NCBI GenBank assembly: GCA_965199825.1
Contig: OZ241329.1
Span: 960,001-1,024,000, forward strand
Length of the DNA: 64,000 nt
Reading direction: 5' to 3'
DNA from: Bdellovibrionales bacterium
GTDB taxonomy: Bacteria; Bdellovibrionota; Bdellovibrionia; Bdellovibrionales; UBA1609
The notes beneath the pieces were generated by a model. The model was not told the DNA's origin. It saw only the letters and a list, made by a program, of their open reading frames with translations, and did no database searches. A program made the position numbers and the translations under genes. Below, in pieces: positions 55,530 through 64,000 of the stretch; within the stretch, counting starts at the first letter, position 1, and every line of letters begins with the position of its first letter.

Positions 55530-56952
55530 AAATTGGGAAACAGTGATTGGGCTTGAAGTCCATGTGCAGCTTCAAACGAATACAAAAGTTTTTTCGGCAG
55601 ATAGCACCGCATTTGGATCGGGTGATAATGAAAACACCAATCCTGTAAGCCTCGCGATGCCAGGAACTTTGCCGGTGCTCAATCGCAAAGCGGTTGAGTA
55701 CTCGATCAAGACCGGTCTTGCTTTAAAATGTGGAATTCGGAAATCATCGGTATTTGCGCGCAAAAATTATTTTTATCCCGATTTACCAAAGGGCTACCAA
55801 ATCTCACAATTTGATAAGCCCCTTTGTGAAGAAGGCAGCGTCGAATTTTATCACGATGGAAAAATAAAGAAGGTCCGCATCGAGCGCGCTCATATGGAAG
55901 AAGACGCGGGGAAGTCCACCCATCACGGAGATTACACGCTGATTAATCTTAATCGTGCGGGTGTCCCCTTGCTTGAAGTTGTGTCGGGTCCCGATATGCG
56001 CTCTGCGGGCGAGGCCGCCGAATATGCGCGCACCATTCGCAATATTGTGCGCTACCTCGGGGTGTGTGATGGCAATCTCGAAGAAGGCTCGTTGCGCTGC
56101 GACTGCAATGTGAGTGTTAGAAAAAAAGGCGAAACCAAACTCGGCACAAAAGTCGAACTCAAAAACATAAACTCATTTCGGTTTATCGAAAAGGCGATCG
56201 AATACGAAACCCAACGCCAAATTGAGTGCATCGAATCGGGCGAAAAGATTATTCAAGAGACCCGTCTTTATGATTCGGCAAAGAATCGGACATTTTCGAT
56301 GCGGGCAAAAGAAGAGGCTCATGACTATCGTTACTTTCCTGATCCTGATTTGTTGCCCTTGATTGTTGAGGATGCCTGGATCGAAAAAATTAAGGCGACT
56401 CTGCCAGAGCTTCCGCTTGCACGAGCTCAAAGATTTCAAAATGAATATCAACTTCCTGAGTATGATTCTTTTGTGCTGACCCAAGAGATTGAGCTTGCCC
56501 ATTATTTTGAACAGGCTGCCAAATCTTGTAAAAATCCAAAGGCCATTTCAAATTGGATGATGACCGAATTGTTGCGCGAATTGAATGAGTCGCAAACGCC
56601 GGTGGATAAAAGTCCGATCACTCCAGAAAACTTGGGCGGTCTTGTGCAACTGATTGATGACGGAAAAATTTCTGGCAAAATGGCGAAAGAAGTTTTTGCG
56701 GGCATGTGGGGATCTAAAAAAACTCCTGCCGAAGTGGTGGCCGAAAAAGGCTTGTCACAAATCAGCGACGATTCTGCCATTTTAAAAATTATCGAATCGG
56801 TCATGGCCCAGAGTACAAACCAAGTGAACGATTATCGCGGTGGAAAAACAAAATTGTTCGGATTTTTCGTAGGGCAAGTGATGAAGGCCTCCAAAGGTCA
56901 GGCCAATCCTGATGTGGTCAATCGATTATTATTGGAAAAACTGAAAGCATGA
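55519..56952 (+). CDS. gatB: Amidotransferase subunit B
   Basis: IGLEVHVQL, RKNYFYPDLPKGYQISQ, HMEEDAGK, DYRYFPDPDL. Confidence 0.98.
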   Translation: MSFENWETVIGLEVHVQLQTNTKVFSADSTAFGSGDNENTNPVSLAMPGTLPVLNRKAVEYSIKTGLALKCGIRKSSVFARKNYFYPDLPKGYQISQFDKPLCEEGSVEFYHDGKIKKVRIERAHMEEDAGKSTHHGDYTLINLNRAGVPLLEVVSGPDMRSAGEAAEYARTIRNIVRYLGVCDGNLEEGSLRCDCNVSVRKKGETKLGTKVELKNINSFRFIEKAIEYETQRQIECIESGEKIIQETRLYDSAKNRTFSMRAKEEAHDYRYFPDPDLLPLIVEDAWIEKIKATLPELPLARAQRFQNEYQLPEYDSFVLTQEIELAHYFEQAAKSCKNPKAISNWMMTELLRELNESQTPVDKSPITPENLGGLVQLIDDGKISGKMAKEVFAGMWGSKKTPAEVVAEKGLSQISDDSAILKIIESVMAQSTNQVNDYRGGKTKLFGFFVGQVMKASKGQANPDVVNRLLLEKLKA

Positions 56953-57836
56953 AGGTTGCAGCCCTCGACTTAGGCTCAAACACTTTTTTGATGTTGATTG
57001 CCGACGTGACTGAGGGTCGCCTCACCAAAATTTATCGGGATGAAATCGAAGTGGTGCGTCTTGGTCAGGGGCTTGCTCATACCGGCCGCATCTCGAATGA
57101 GGCTCTAAAGCGAGCCAAAAATTGCTTTCATCGATTTTCTGAAATAATTAAAGTTGAAAAGCCAGAGCGAGTGGTGGCGGTTGCAACCAGTGCGGCACGT
57201 GATGCTTCTAATCGGGCCGAGTTCGAAAACTTAGCGAGATCTTATAACATCAATGTGCAAACCATCACCGGCGAAAAAGAGGCGGCGGTGACTTTTAAGG
57301 GAGCAACATTTGATCTTAAGGATGCGGTCGATCCCTTAGTGATTGATGTGGGCGGAGGTTCAACCGAAATTATTAATCAGCACAGTGGGATCAGCCTCAA
57401 TATTGGAAGTGTGCGACTGACCGATCGATTTTTTGCCCAACAGCCACCAAACCCAACCGAGATGTTAAAACTCAAAGATTTTTTAAAATCAGAACTAGCA
57501 AAAGCACCATTGCCAAAAAACTCGAAAACAATTGTGGGTGTTGCAGGGACTCCCGTGGCCTTTGCGTGTTTGCAACGGGCTATGCCCTATGACGAAACCT
57601 TTATTCACAAAAGTGTGCTGACACTCAAGCAAATCGAAACTTGGGTACAAAAATTATTTCCGTTGCCCATTGTTGCACGCGAACAACTTGCAGGTATGCC
57701 CCCCAATCGCTCTGATGTTTTAGTCGCAGGCGGGGCGATCTTATCGGCAACTCTTCAGGCGCTTGAATCTTCAGAGCTTGTGGTGTCAACCAAAGGTGTA
57801 CGCTATGGGCTTGCTCTGTTATGGGAGAGTTTTTGA
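56949..57836 (+). CDS. Ppx/GppA-family phosphatase
   Basis: DLGSNT, ATSAARDASN, DVGGGSTE, IGSVRLT. Confidence 0.93.
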   Translation: MKVAALDLGSNTFLMLIADVTEGRLTKIYRDEIEVVRLGQGLAHTGRISNEALKRAKNCFHRFSEIIKVEKPERVVAVATSAARDASNRAEFENLARSYNINVQTITGEKEAAVTFKGATFDLKDAVDPLVIDVGGGSTEIINQHSGISLNIGSVRLTDRFFAQQPPNPTEMLKLKDFLKSELAKAPLPKNSKTIVGVAGTPVAFACLQRAMPYDETFIHKSVLTLKQIETWVQKLFPLPIVAREQLAGMPPNRSDVLVAGGAILSATLQALESSELVVSTKGVRYGLALLWESF

Positions 57837-58276
57837 TTTATTTATTTTTAAATTTCTGTTTTGCTTTGCCGATTTTTAACGCTCAGGTGGATCAACAAAA
57901 AATCTCGGTAGAAGTTGCTGACACCGAAGAAACTCGACAAAAGGGTTTGATGAATCGGCATGAGATGAAGCCCGATCATGGAATGCTCTTTATTTTTGAT
58001 CAATCGCGAGTCCTGAATTTTTGGATGAAGAATACATTTATCCCGCTTTCGATCGGTTTTTTTGACGAAAATTGCCGGCTTGTTCAAAAATTAGAGATGA
58101 CCGAGGTTGCAAGCGAAATGGAAGAGCCAAAAGCCACCTACTCCAGCGGGAAATCGGCTCTGATGGCCCTTGAGATGAATAAAGATTGGTTTAAAAATAG
58201 TCAGGTACATAAGACAATTTTAACTTTGAGTGGGAGCCGACCTAGCCATTGGCCGAGGTGTTTAAAGCCGCGGTAG
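57821..58276 (+). CDS. DUF192-family protein
   Basis: EVAD...GLM...GMLFIF...FWMKNTFIPLSIGF. Confidence 0.9.
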   Translation: MGEFLIYLFLNFCFALPIFNAQVDQQKISVEVADTEETRQKGLMNRHEMKPDHGMLFIFDQSRVLNFWMKNTFIPLSIGFFDENCRLVQKLEMTEVASEMEEPKATYSSGKSALMALEMNKDWFKNSQVHKTILTLSGSRPSHWPRCLKPR

Positions 58277-58385
58277 CGCGCGGTGACTTAAGACCTGTCA
58301 AAAGAATTAATCTTTTTAAGTCAAAATCTTATGTGCTTAAATAAAAAGAGTGAACGGATACACTTACAAACTGAGGATAAGCATA

Positions 58386-59747
58386 ATGGCAAAGCAATTC
58401 GGGATCACCTTACTGGTCTCCCTCCTTATGTTCGGAGCGACAGGCTGTACTTCTAAAGACGTTGAAAACGATGATGGAGACACAGCAGAAGCTTCAGCAG
58501 ATGCAGGAAGCGACGACACAGCCGCGGCGGATGACGGTCAAGGCCTCGATGGAAAAGCGACTACTGGAGATGCGGCAACAAACGATAGCGACATCGTCAC
58601 CGATTTAGATGGTGGTGATAAGGCTGCCGATGCCCCTGCTGCTGCTGGAGATGTGAGCGATGCACCACCCGCAACTAACGCGGCTTCAGACGAATTTGCC
58701 GATATGGACGGTGACGTCAGTACAGCTTCAAACGATACCGCACCTGTTGCGGCCGATCAGCCACCAACCGATGTCACACCTGTGGACGATGGTAAGGCGA
58801 TGAATTCTCCGCCACCCATTGCAGACTCAACCTCGGCGCCAATACCGCCTCCTCAAGACGATGCTTCGGCACCGGTTGCTCCACCAAGCGATGAAGCACC
58901 GGCCGCACCACGTCCTACCGGAAGTTTAAAAAAAGTTGTTGATGCTCCCTTTGAACGGGGTGGCGTTTTGCTCAATGCGGTTTATCTTGCGCGAAGTGGA
59001 GATACCTATAAATCATTGAGCACAAAGGTTTACGGCTCTGCTGCCAAAGCGAAAGAGATCCAAAAAGTAAATCCATTTTTGGGCAAAAAATTAAAAGTTG
59101 GCGACAAGGTTTATTACAATTCTCCCCAACGTCCTACCGACAATACAAAAATGCTCACCCTCTATGAAGATCTTGGGATGGAGCCCGAAATATACATGGC
59201 AAAAGCGGGTGACAACATCCACGCGGTTGCTAAAAACTTGTTAGGCAATAAAGATTCTTGGAAAGAACTGTGGGCAACAAACGCCGGTGTTGAATCCAAA
59301 GGCGAAATGACCGAAGGGACCCAACTTCGTTACTGGGCAAGTTCTGATGTGGCAGCTCCGGCTTTGGCAAAAAATTCTCCGCCACCCGCCGAGCCCCAAG
59401 TGGATGAGCTTGCGGCAAGTCCCCCACCACCGCCACCACCTCCACCCGCACAACAAGGCATGACTCCTCCTGGAGATCCAAATCAGCAGGCCGGAATGGC
59501 AGCCGGAACAATGGAGCCACCACCGCCTCCACCCCCAATGCCTGAGCCTCCGCCCCCTCCACCACCTGCGATGGCTGCACCAAAGCCTCACGTGGCAGCG
59601 GCAAGCGAAGATGCAACCGATCCACTTTATTTAGGTGCGGGCGCAGCTTTGGTTTTGGCAGCGGTTGGAATGTACATCATGATTCGTAAAAAACGATCGC
59701 GCCGACAGTTGGATTTTAATACGTCGACACAAACTCAGATTGAGTAG
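58386..59747 (+). CDS. LysM-like envelope protein with lipobox, Pro-rich linker and C-terminal TM
   Basis: GATGC; YLARSGDTYKSLSTKVYG and YMAKAGDNIHAVAKNLLG LysM-like repeats; TM followed by RKKR. Confidence 0.8.
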   Translation: MAKQFGITLLVSLLMFGATGCTSKDVENDDGDTAEASADAGSDDTAAADDGQGLDGKATTGDAATNDSDIVTDLDGGDKAADAPAAAGDVSDAPPATNAASDEFADMDGDVSTASNDTAPVAADQPPTDVTPVDDGKAMNSPPPIADSTSAPIPPPQDDASAPVAPPSDEAPAAPRPTGSLKKVVDAPFERGGVLLNAVYLARSGDTYKSLSTKVYGSAAKAKEIQKVNPFLGKKLKVGDKVYYNSPQRPTDNTKMLTLYEDLGMEPEIYMAKAGDNIHAVAKNLLGNKDSWKELWATNAGVESKGEMTEGTQLRYWASSDVAAPALAKNSPPPAEPQVDELAASPPPPPPPPPAQQGMTPPGDPNQQAGMAAGTMEPPPPPPPMPEPPPPPPPAMAAPKPHVAAASEDATDPLYLGAGAALVLAAVGMYIMIRKKRSRRQLDFNTSTQTQIE

Positions 59748-59756
59748 AAGGTCTGA

Positions 59757-60134
59757 CTAGTAAACACGTTTTATGATATCGTCGAAAACAGAGCGCTTGG
59801 TATCACGGCTGTTTTCGACAAAGTACATAAGGTCATCAACGATTTGTACATCGCGATTATTAAAAGGCTTAAATCGAACTCCACAACCGTCTTGATTTTT
59901 CCAGATGACAGTCGCCGAAATTTTGCGGCGGCGGCCACCGACCGAAAGTGTCAAAACCAATTTGTCTGCACTTTGTAAATCAATGGTTCCGGTTTCAACA
60001 AATGCTCCGGTCAAACTGATATTGCGAAGCGTTCCCTTGACCATTTGCCGGGCGTAATTGCGGCGAAACTCGATACCTAATTGGAGTGGGATTCTGGGAG
60101 AGGTTTTACCGGTTGGAAGTCTCTCGATTGTCAT
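59757..60134 (-). CDS. PilZ-domain protein
   Basis: PR...NISLTGA...GVRF; first Arg of RxxxR replaced (KTSPR). Confidence 0.88.
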   Translation of the reverse strand: MTIERLPTGKTSPRIPLQLGIEFRRNYARQMVKGTLRNISLTGAFVETGTIDLQSADKLVLTLSVGGRRRKISATVIWKNQDGCGVRFKPFNNRDVQIVDDLMYFVENSRDTKRSVFDDIIKRVY

Positions 60135-60163
60135 AATCCTATATCTCCTTTGGGTTACTTAAT

Positions 60164-60191
60164 TTGTCGGAATTGTTTTTGGAAATATTAA
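60164..60191 (-). promoter_or_regulatory. Putative sigma28 (FliA) promoter of the PilZ gene
   Basis: Minus strand TTAA-N16-TCCGACAA, resembling TAAA-N15-GCCGATAA. Confidence 0.4.
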
Positions 60192-60460
60192 GTTTTCTAA
60201 AAAAGAGGGTTTTTTTGTTTCGTTTTGAATCACTTTGCAGAAACTTCGCTTGCAAGTTTGCGGTTTTTTATGAAATATTAATAGGGTCTGGGCATATTAT
60301 AGGATCCGCGTTCCATTTGAACGTGTTCCATTGACAAAATCCACCGTTCAATTTTATCAACAAAAGGTCTAAAAACAAATTCAAGACATTATCACCTCCA
60401 AATCCAACCTCGCGAGTTGATCTCAAAAAAGTTATTTAAAGACACATAAAGGAAAAACAA

Positions 60461-62098
60461 ATGGACGAAAAACGGGACACTCCCGAAGTCGAAACCAAGG
60501 TCGAAACAAAAACTGAAGATTCAAAACCTTCAGAGGCTCAGTCCGCACAAAACTCTCATCCTCTCGAAGAAGATCGCTCCGAGCAAAGACCGACGGGTGG
60601 CTTTCGAAAACACAACAACAATAATAGTAATAACAATCGCGGACGCGAACACCACCGCAATCGCCCCCAAAAAAATGGTGGCCAAAATTTTCGCAGCAAC
60701 AATAACAGCAACGGTGGCTACCAAAATCGTAATTCTCAAGGTGGACCAAATGGTCAACATCGCATGCCGATGCAAGACGACATGGCCGAAGAAGTTCCAC
60801 AGCAAGTTATTGATCTCTCTGATATCAATTTGACCGAAGACGAAAGAAAAGAACTCAACTCAAAAAATTTAAAATCAAAAGATATTCGTGAGCTCACAAC
60901 TCTTGCATTAAAATTAAAGATTGAGAATGCCGCAGGTCTTCGCCGCCAAGATATGGTGTTTGAGATTTTAAAACGGGCAGCCCAACTCGGTGATATTTTT
61001 GGCAATGGTGTTTTAGAAATCTTGCCTGATGGTTATGGGTTTTTACGATCGCCCGATTATAATTACTTGCCAGGTCCTGATGATATTTATGTGAGCCCTT
61101 CGCAAATTCGTCGATTTGGATTGCGCACCGGTGACACTGTCAGCGGAACCGTTCGCCCACCCAAAGATGGCGAGCGCTATTTTGCTTTGTTAAAAGTCGA
61201 CTCTCTCAATTTTGAACCTTCGGATAAATCAAAAGATAAAATTTTATTTGATAACCTCACACCACTTTATCCTAACGAAAGATTAAAGCTCGAATGGAGT
61301 CCCAAGGATTACACAACACGTGTTGTGGATTTGATGGCTCCTATCGGCAAAGGTCAGCGCGCGCTTATAGTAGCACCTCCGCGTACCGGCAAAACGGTGC
61401 TCATGCAAAATATCGCAAACGCTATTGCGAACAATCATCCTGAAGTGATTTTGATTGTTCTTTTGATTGATGAACGCCCTGAGGAAGTGACCGACATGCT
61501 TCGCTCGGTCAAAGGCGAAGTTGTGAGCTCCACATTCGATGAGCCACCCACTCGCCACGTTCAAGTGGCCGAGATGGTGATCGAAAAAGCCAAACGCTTA
61601 GTCGAGCACAAACATGATGTGGTAATCCTTCTTGATAGCATCACAAGACTTGCACGAGCTTATAATACGGTTGTGCCGCCCTCTGGAAAAATCCTGTCTG
61701 GTGGTGTGGACTCAAATGCGCTTCATAAACCAAAACGATTTTTTGGTGCCGCCAGAAATATCGAAGAAGGTGGAAGCTTGACCGTCATCGCCACTGCACT
61801 GATCGATACCGGATCACGGATGGACGAAGTGATTTTTGAAGAATTTAAAGGAACCGGTAACTCCGAAATTATTCTTGATCGCAAGCTAATGGAAAAACGA
61901 ATTTTCCCATGTATGGACATCAACAAATCGGGCACCCGAAAAGAGGATTTGCTGGTTCAAAAAGTCGATCTCAATCGCTTATGGATTTTGCGCAAAGTTT
62001 TGGCGCCGATGAATGTGGTCGATAGCATGGAATTTTTAATCGACAAGTTGGCAAACACCAAAACCAATGCCGACTTTTTGAATGCGATGAGCGGTTGA
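60461..62098 (+). CDS. rho: Transcription termination factor Rho with N-terminal extension
   Basis: [45 protein letters not shown]. Confidence 0.98.
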   Translation: MDEKRDTPEVETKVETKTEDSKPSEAQSAQNSHPLEEDRSEQRPTGGFRKHNNNNSNNNRGREHHRNRPQKNGGQNFRSNNNSNGGYQNRNSQGGPNGQHRMPMQDDMAEEVPQQVIDLSDINLTEDERKELNSKNLKSKDIRELTTLALKLKIENAAGLRRQDMVFEILKRAAQLGDIFGNGVLEILPDGYGFLRSPDYNYLPGPDDIYVSPSQIRRFGLRTGDTVSGTVRPPKDGERYFALLKVDSLNFEPSDKSKDKILFDNLTPLYPNERLKLEWSPKDYTTRVVDLMAPIGKGQRALIVAPPRTGKTVLMQNIANAIANNHPEVILIVLLIDERPEEVTDMLRSVKGEVVSSTFDEPPTRHVQVAEMVIEKAKRLVEHKHDVVILLDSITRLARAYNTVVPPSGKILSGGVDSNALHKPKRFFGAARNIEEGGSLTVIATALIDTGSRMDEVIFEEFKGTGNSEIILDRKLMEKRIFPCMDINKSGTRKEDLLVQKVDLNRLWILRKVLAPMNVVDSMEFLIDKLANTKTNADFLNAMSG

Positions 62099-63175
62099 TT
62101 GTTTCAAAAGTTAGACGAAGTCGAAAAACGGTTTGAGCAAATCCAAAACGATTTGCAGCAGCCTTCGGTCGCCAATGAGCAGCAGCGTTTTCGAACACTG
62201 ATGAAAGAGCTCTCCACATTGGAATCGGTGGTGAGCGTTTATCGCCAATACAAAACGGTCCACAGCGATCTTAAAGCCAACCGCTTGTTGTTTGAGGCTG
62301 AAAAAGAAAACGAGATGCGGGCACTCATCCGCGATGAGATTGCTGATCTTGAGACGCGCCATCATGAACTCGAAGAGCGACTCAAGATTGTGATGCTGCC
62401 CAAAGATCCCAATGACGAAAAAAATATTATTCTAGAAGTGCGAGCCGGTGCAGGCGGCGATGAGGCAAGCCTTTTTGCCGAGCAACTGTTCCGCGGCTAC
62501 GGTCACTATGCCGCAGGTAAGGGATGGTCGGTTAAAATTCTATCGCTCTCTTCGGGCAATGTGGGCGGATACAAAGAAGCTGTTGCTCTGATCACGGGCG
62601 AAAAAGTTTTTTCGCATTTGAAATACGAAAGCGGCGTTCACCGCGTGCAGCGTGTGCCCAAGACCGAAGCCTCGGGACGCATTCATACTTCAACCGTGAC
62701 TGTTGCGGTGATTCCAGAGGCTGACGAAGTTGAAGTCAAAATCAATCCCAACGAATTGCGCATCGATGTCTATCGCTCGAGCGGCCATGGGGGGCAATCG
62801 GTCAATACCACCGATTCTGCGGTGCGAGTCACCCATTTGCCCACGGGACTCGTAGTCACCTGCCAAGATGGCAAATCGCAATTGAGCAACAAAGAAACCG
62901 CAATCAAAGTTCTCTATTCCAGATTGCTTGCTCAAGAAGAAGAAAAAGCGCGTAGCGAAGCCTCCTCACAGCGACTAGCACAGATCGGCACCGGCGATCG
63001 CTCTGAGAGGATCCGCACCTATAATTTTCCTCAGTCGCGCATTACTGATCACCGGATTGGATTTACAACTCATCAGATCGATTCGATTTTGGCTGGTGCT
63101 TTTGATAGTTTAATTGAACCGCTCAACACCTATTACCAAGCCGAAGCTCTCAAACGCCAAAACCAATCGGCATGA
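62099..63175 (+). CDS. prfA: Peptide chain release factor 1
   Basis: [17 protein letters not shown] (PxT), GGQ, RTYNFPQ; TTG start. Confidence 0.97.
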   Translation: MFQKLDEVEKRFEQIQNDLQQPSVANEQQRFRTLMKELSTLESVVSVYRQYKTVHSDLKANRLLFEAEKENEMRALIRDEIADLETRHHELEERLKIVMLPKDPNDEKNIILEVRAGAGGDEASLFAEQLFRGYGHYAAGKGWSVKILSLSSGNVGGYKEAVALITGEKVFSHLKYESGVHRVQRVPKTEASGRIHTSTVTVAVIPEADEVEVKINPNELRIDVYRSSGHGGQSVNTTDSAVRVTHLPTGLVVTCQDGKSQLSNKETAIKVLYSRLLAQEEEKARSEASSQRLAQIGTGDRSERIRTYNFPQSRITDHRIGFTTHQIDSILAGAFDSLIEPLNTYYQAEALKRQNQSA

Positions 63176-63984
63176 CCGCACTCGACGCCTTAAAGTTTTA
63201 TCAAAAACAGATTGGCTTTCTAGAATCAGAATTATTGATTCAACATTTTTTAAAAATCTCACGTGAAAAACTCCATCTCGATGGCGAACATATCCAGCTT
63301 AAAGCCGATCAGTCGGATCTATTAAAAGCTGCTGCACAACGCATTTTAGCCAAAGAATCTCTGGCTTATATCGTGGGCTACAAAGATTTTTATAAAAGTC
63401 GATTTGAGGTGGGCCCGGGAGTTTTGGTCCCCCGCCCCGAGAGCGAACTGGTTGTCGAGGCGGTTTTAAAATATAAAAAAGAATTTAAAGATATTGCTGA
63501 TTTTGGTGCTGGCAGTGGTTGCATCGGGCTTTCAATTTTGGCCGAGCGCCCTCAAGCCCATTTGCTCTGTGTGGAAGCATCCAGCGAAGCATTTAGATAC
63601 TTAATTAAAAATGCCAACGCTTTTACAAACGCAAAATGTGTTTTGACGACTGTCGAAAGTGTTGAGGGTGAGTTTGATGTGGTGGTTGCGAACCCTCCTT
63701 ATATCGCTACGGAAGACCCTTTTGTCGATGAAGGTGTACGAAGGTATGAGCCAGCACAAGCTTTGTTTTCCGAAGACCACGGCTTCAAACATTTTACTCA
63801 ATGGTCGCTCAAGGCTTTTGAAGTTTTAAGACCTCACGGACTTTTTGTTTGTGAAATTGGTTATAACCAGGGCAAAAGAGCGAAACATATGATGGAAAAA
63901 TTATTTGTGGATTGTGATTTGATTCGAGATCTTAACGGTCATGATCGAGTGATTCTTGGTTTCAAAACTTCGAGTTTGGCGTAG
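63172..63984 (+). CDS. prmC: Release factor glutamine methyltransferase
   Basis: [21 protein letters not shown]; follows prfA. Confidence 0.95.
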   Translation: MTALDALKFYQKQIGFLESELLIQHFLKISREKLHLDGEHIQLKADQSDLLKAAAQRILAKESLAYIVGYKDFYKSRFEVGPGVLVPRPESELVVEAVLKYKKEFKDIADFGAGSGCIGLSILAERPQAHLLCVEASSEAFRYLIKNANAFTNAKCVLTTVESVEGEFDVVVANPPYIATEDPFVDEGVRRYEPAQALFSEDHGFKHFTQWSLKAFEVLRPHGLFVCEIGYNQGKRAKHMMEKLFVDCDLIRDLNGHDRVILGFKTSSLA

Positions 63985-64000
63985 GCTCGCTCATGGAGGA

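Noticed and set aside
59230..59625. Antisense W/R-rich ORFs opposite the LysM-like gene, and other shadow ORFs in the track
   Set aside because: They are mirrors of Pro-rich codons or of well-supported genes on the other strand
63993..64000. Start of a next gene after prmC
   Set aside because: Only 8 nt are visible, so it cannot be identified

Overview
This is the replication-origin region of a bacterial chromosome, most likely Bdellovibrionota. That call rests on gene order and a near-identical homolog of the Bdellovibrio histone Bd0055. Left of the origin, almost all genes are on the minus strand: rpmH-rnpA-yidD-yidC-jag-mnmE-mnmG-rsmG-(lipoprotein, + strand)-parA-parB-bactofilin-atpF'-atpF-atpH-atpA, with two perfect parS sites. 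oriC lies between dnaA and dnaN (DnaA boxes, CTA trios, AT-rich tract). To the right: dnaN-recF-gyrB-gyrA, the F0 genes atpZ/I/B/E, pgm, pdxA, three parvulin/SurA chaperones, etfAB, sdhCAB, rpsF-rplI, dnaB, ftsK, dapAB, tal, a lytic transglycosylase, the histone, ligA, gatCAB, ppx, rho, prfA and prmC. No rRNA, tRNA, CRISPR or transposase was seen. Four signals are not explained by the annotation. (1) A 10-bp box, TGRRTAGTCA, occurs ten times in two clusters in the parABS locus: inside the 3' tail of parA and around parS2. (2) A 59-bp structured repeat with copy-specific closing stems occurs five times and brackets an AT-rich orphan gene. (3) A FolK-like protein appears catalytically dead. (4) A strand-specific RNA-like fold lies upstream of ftsK. 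Start codons, product names and RNA folds were judged by eye; no searches were run.
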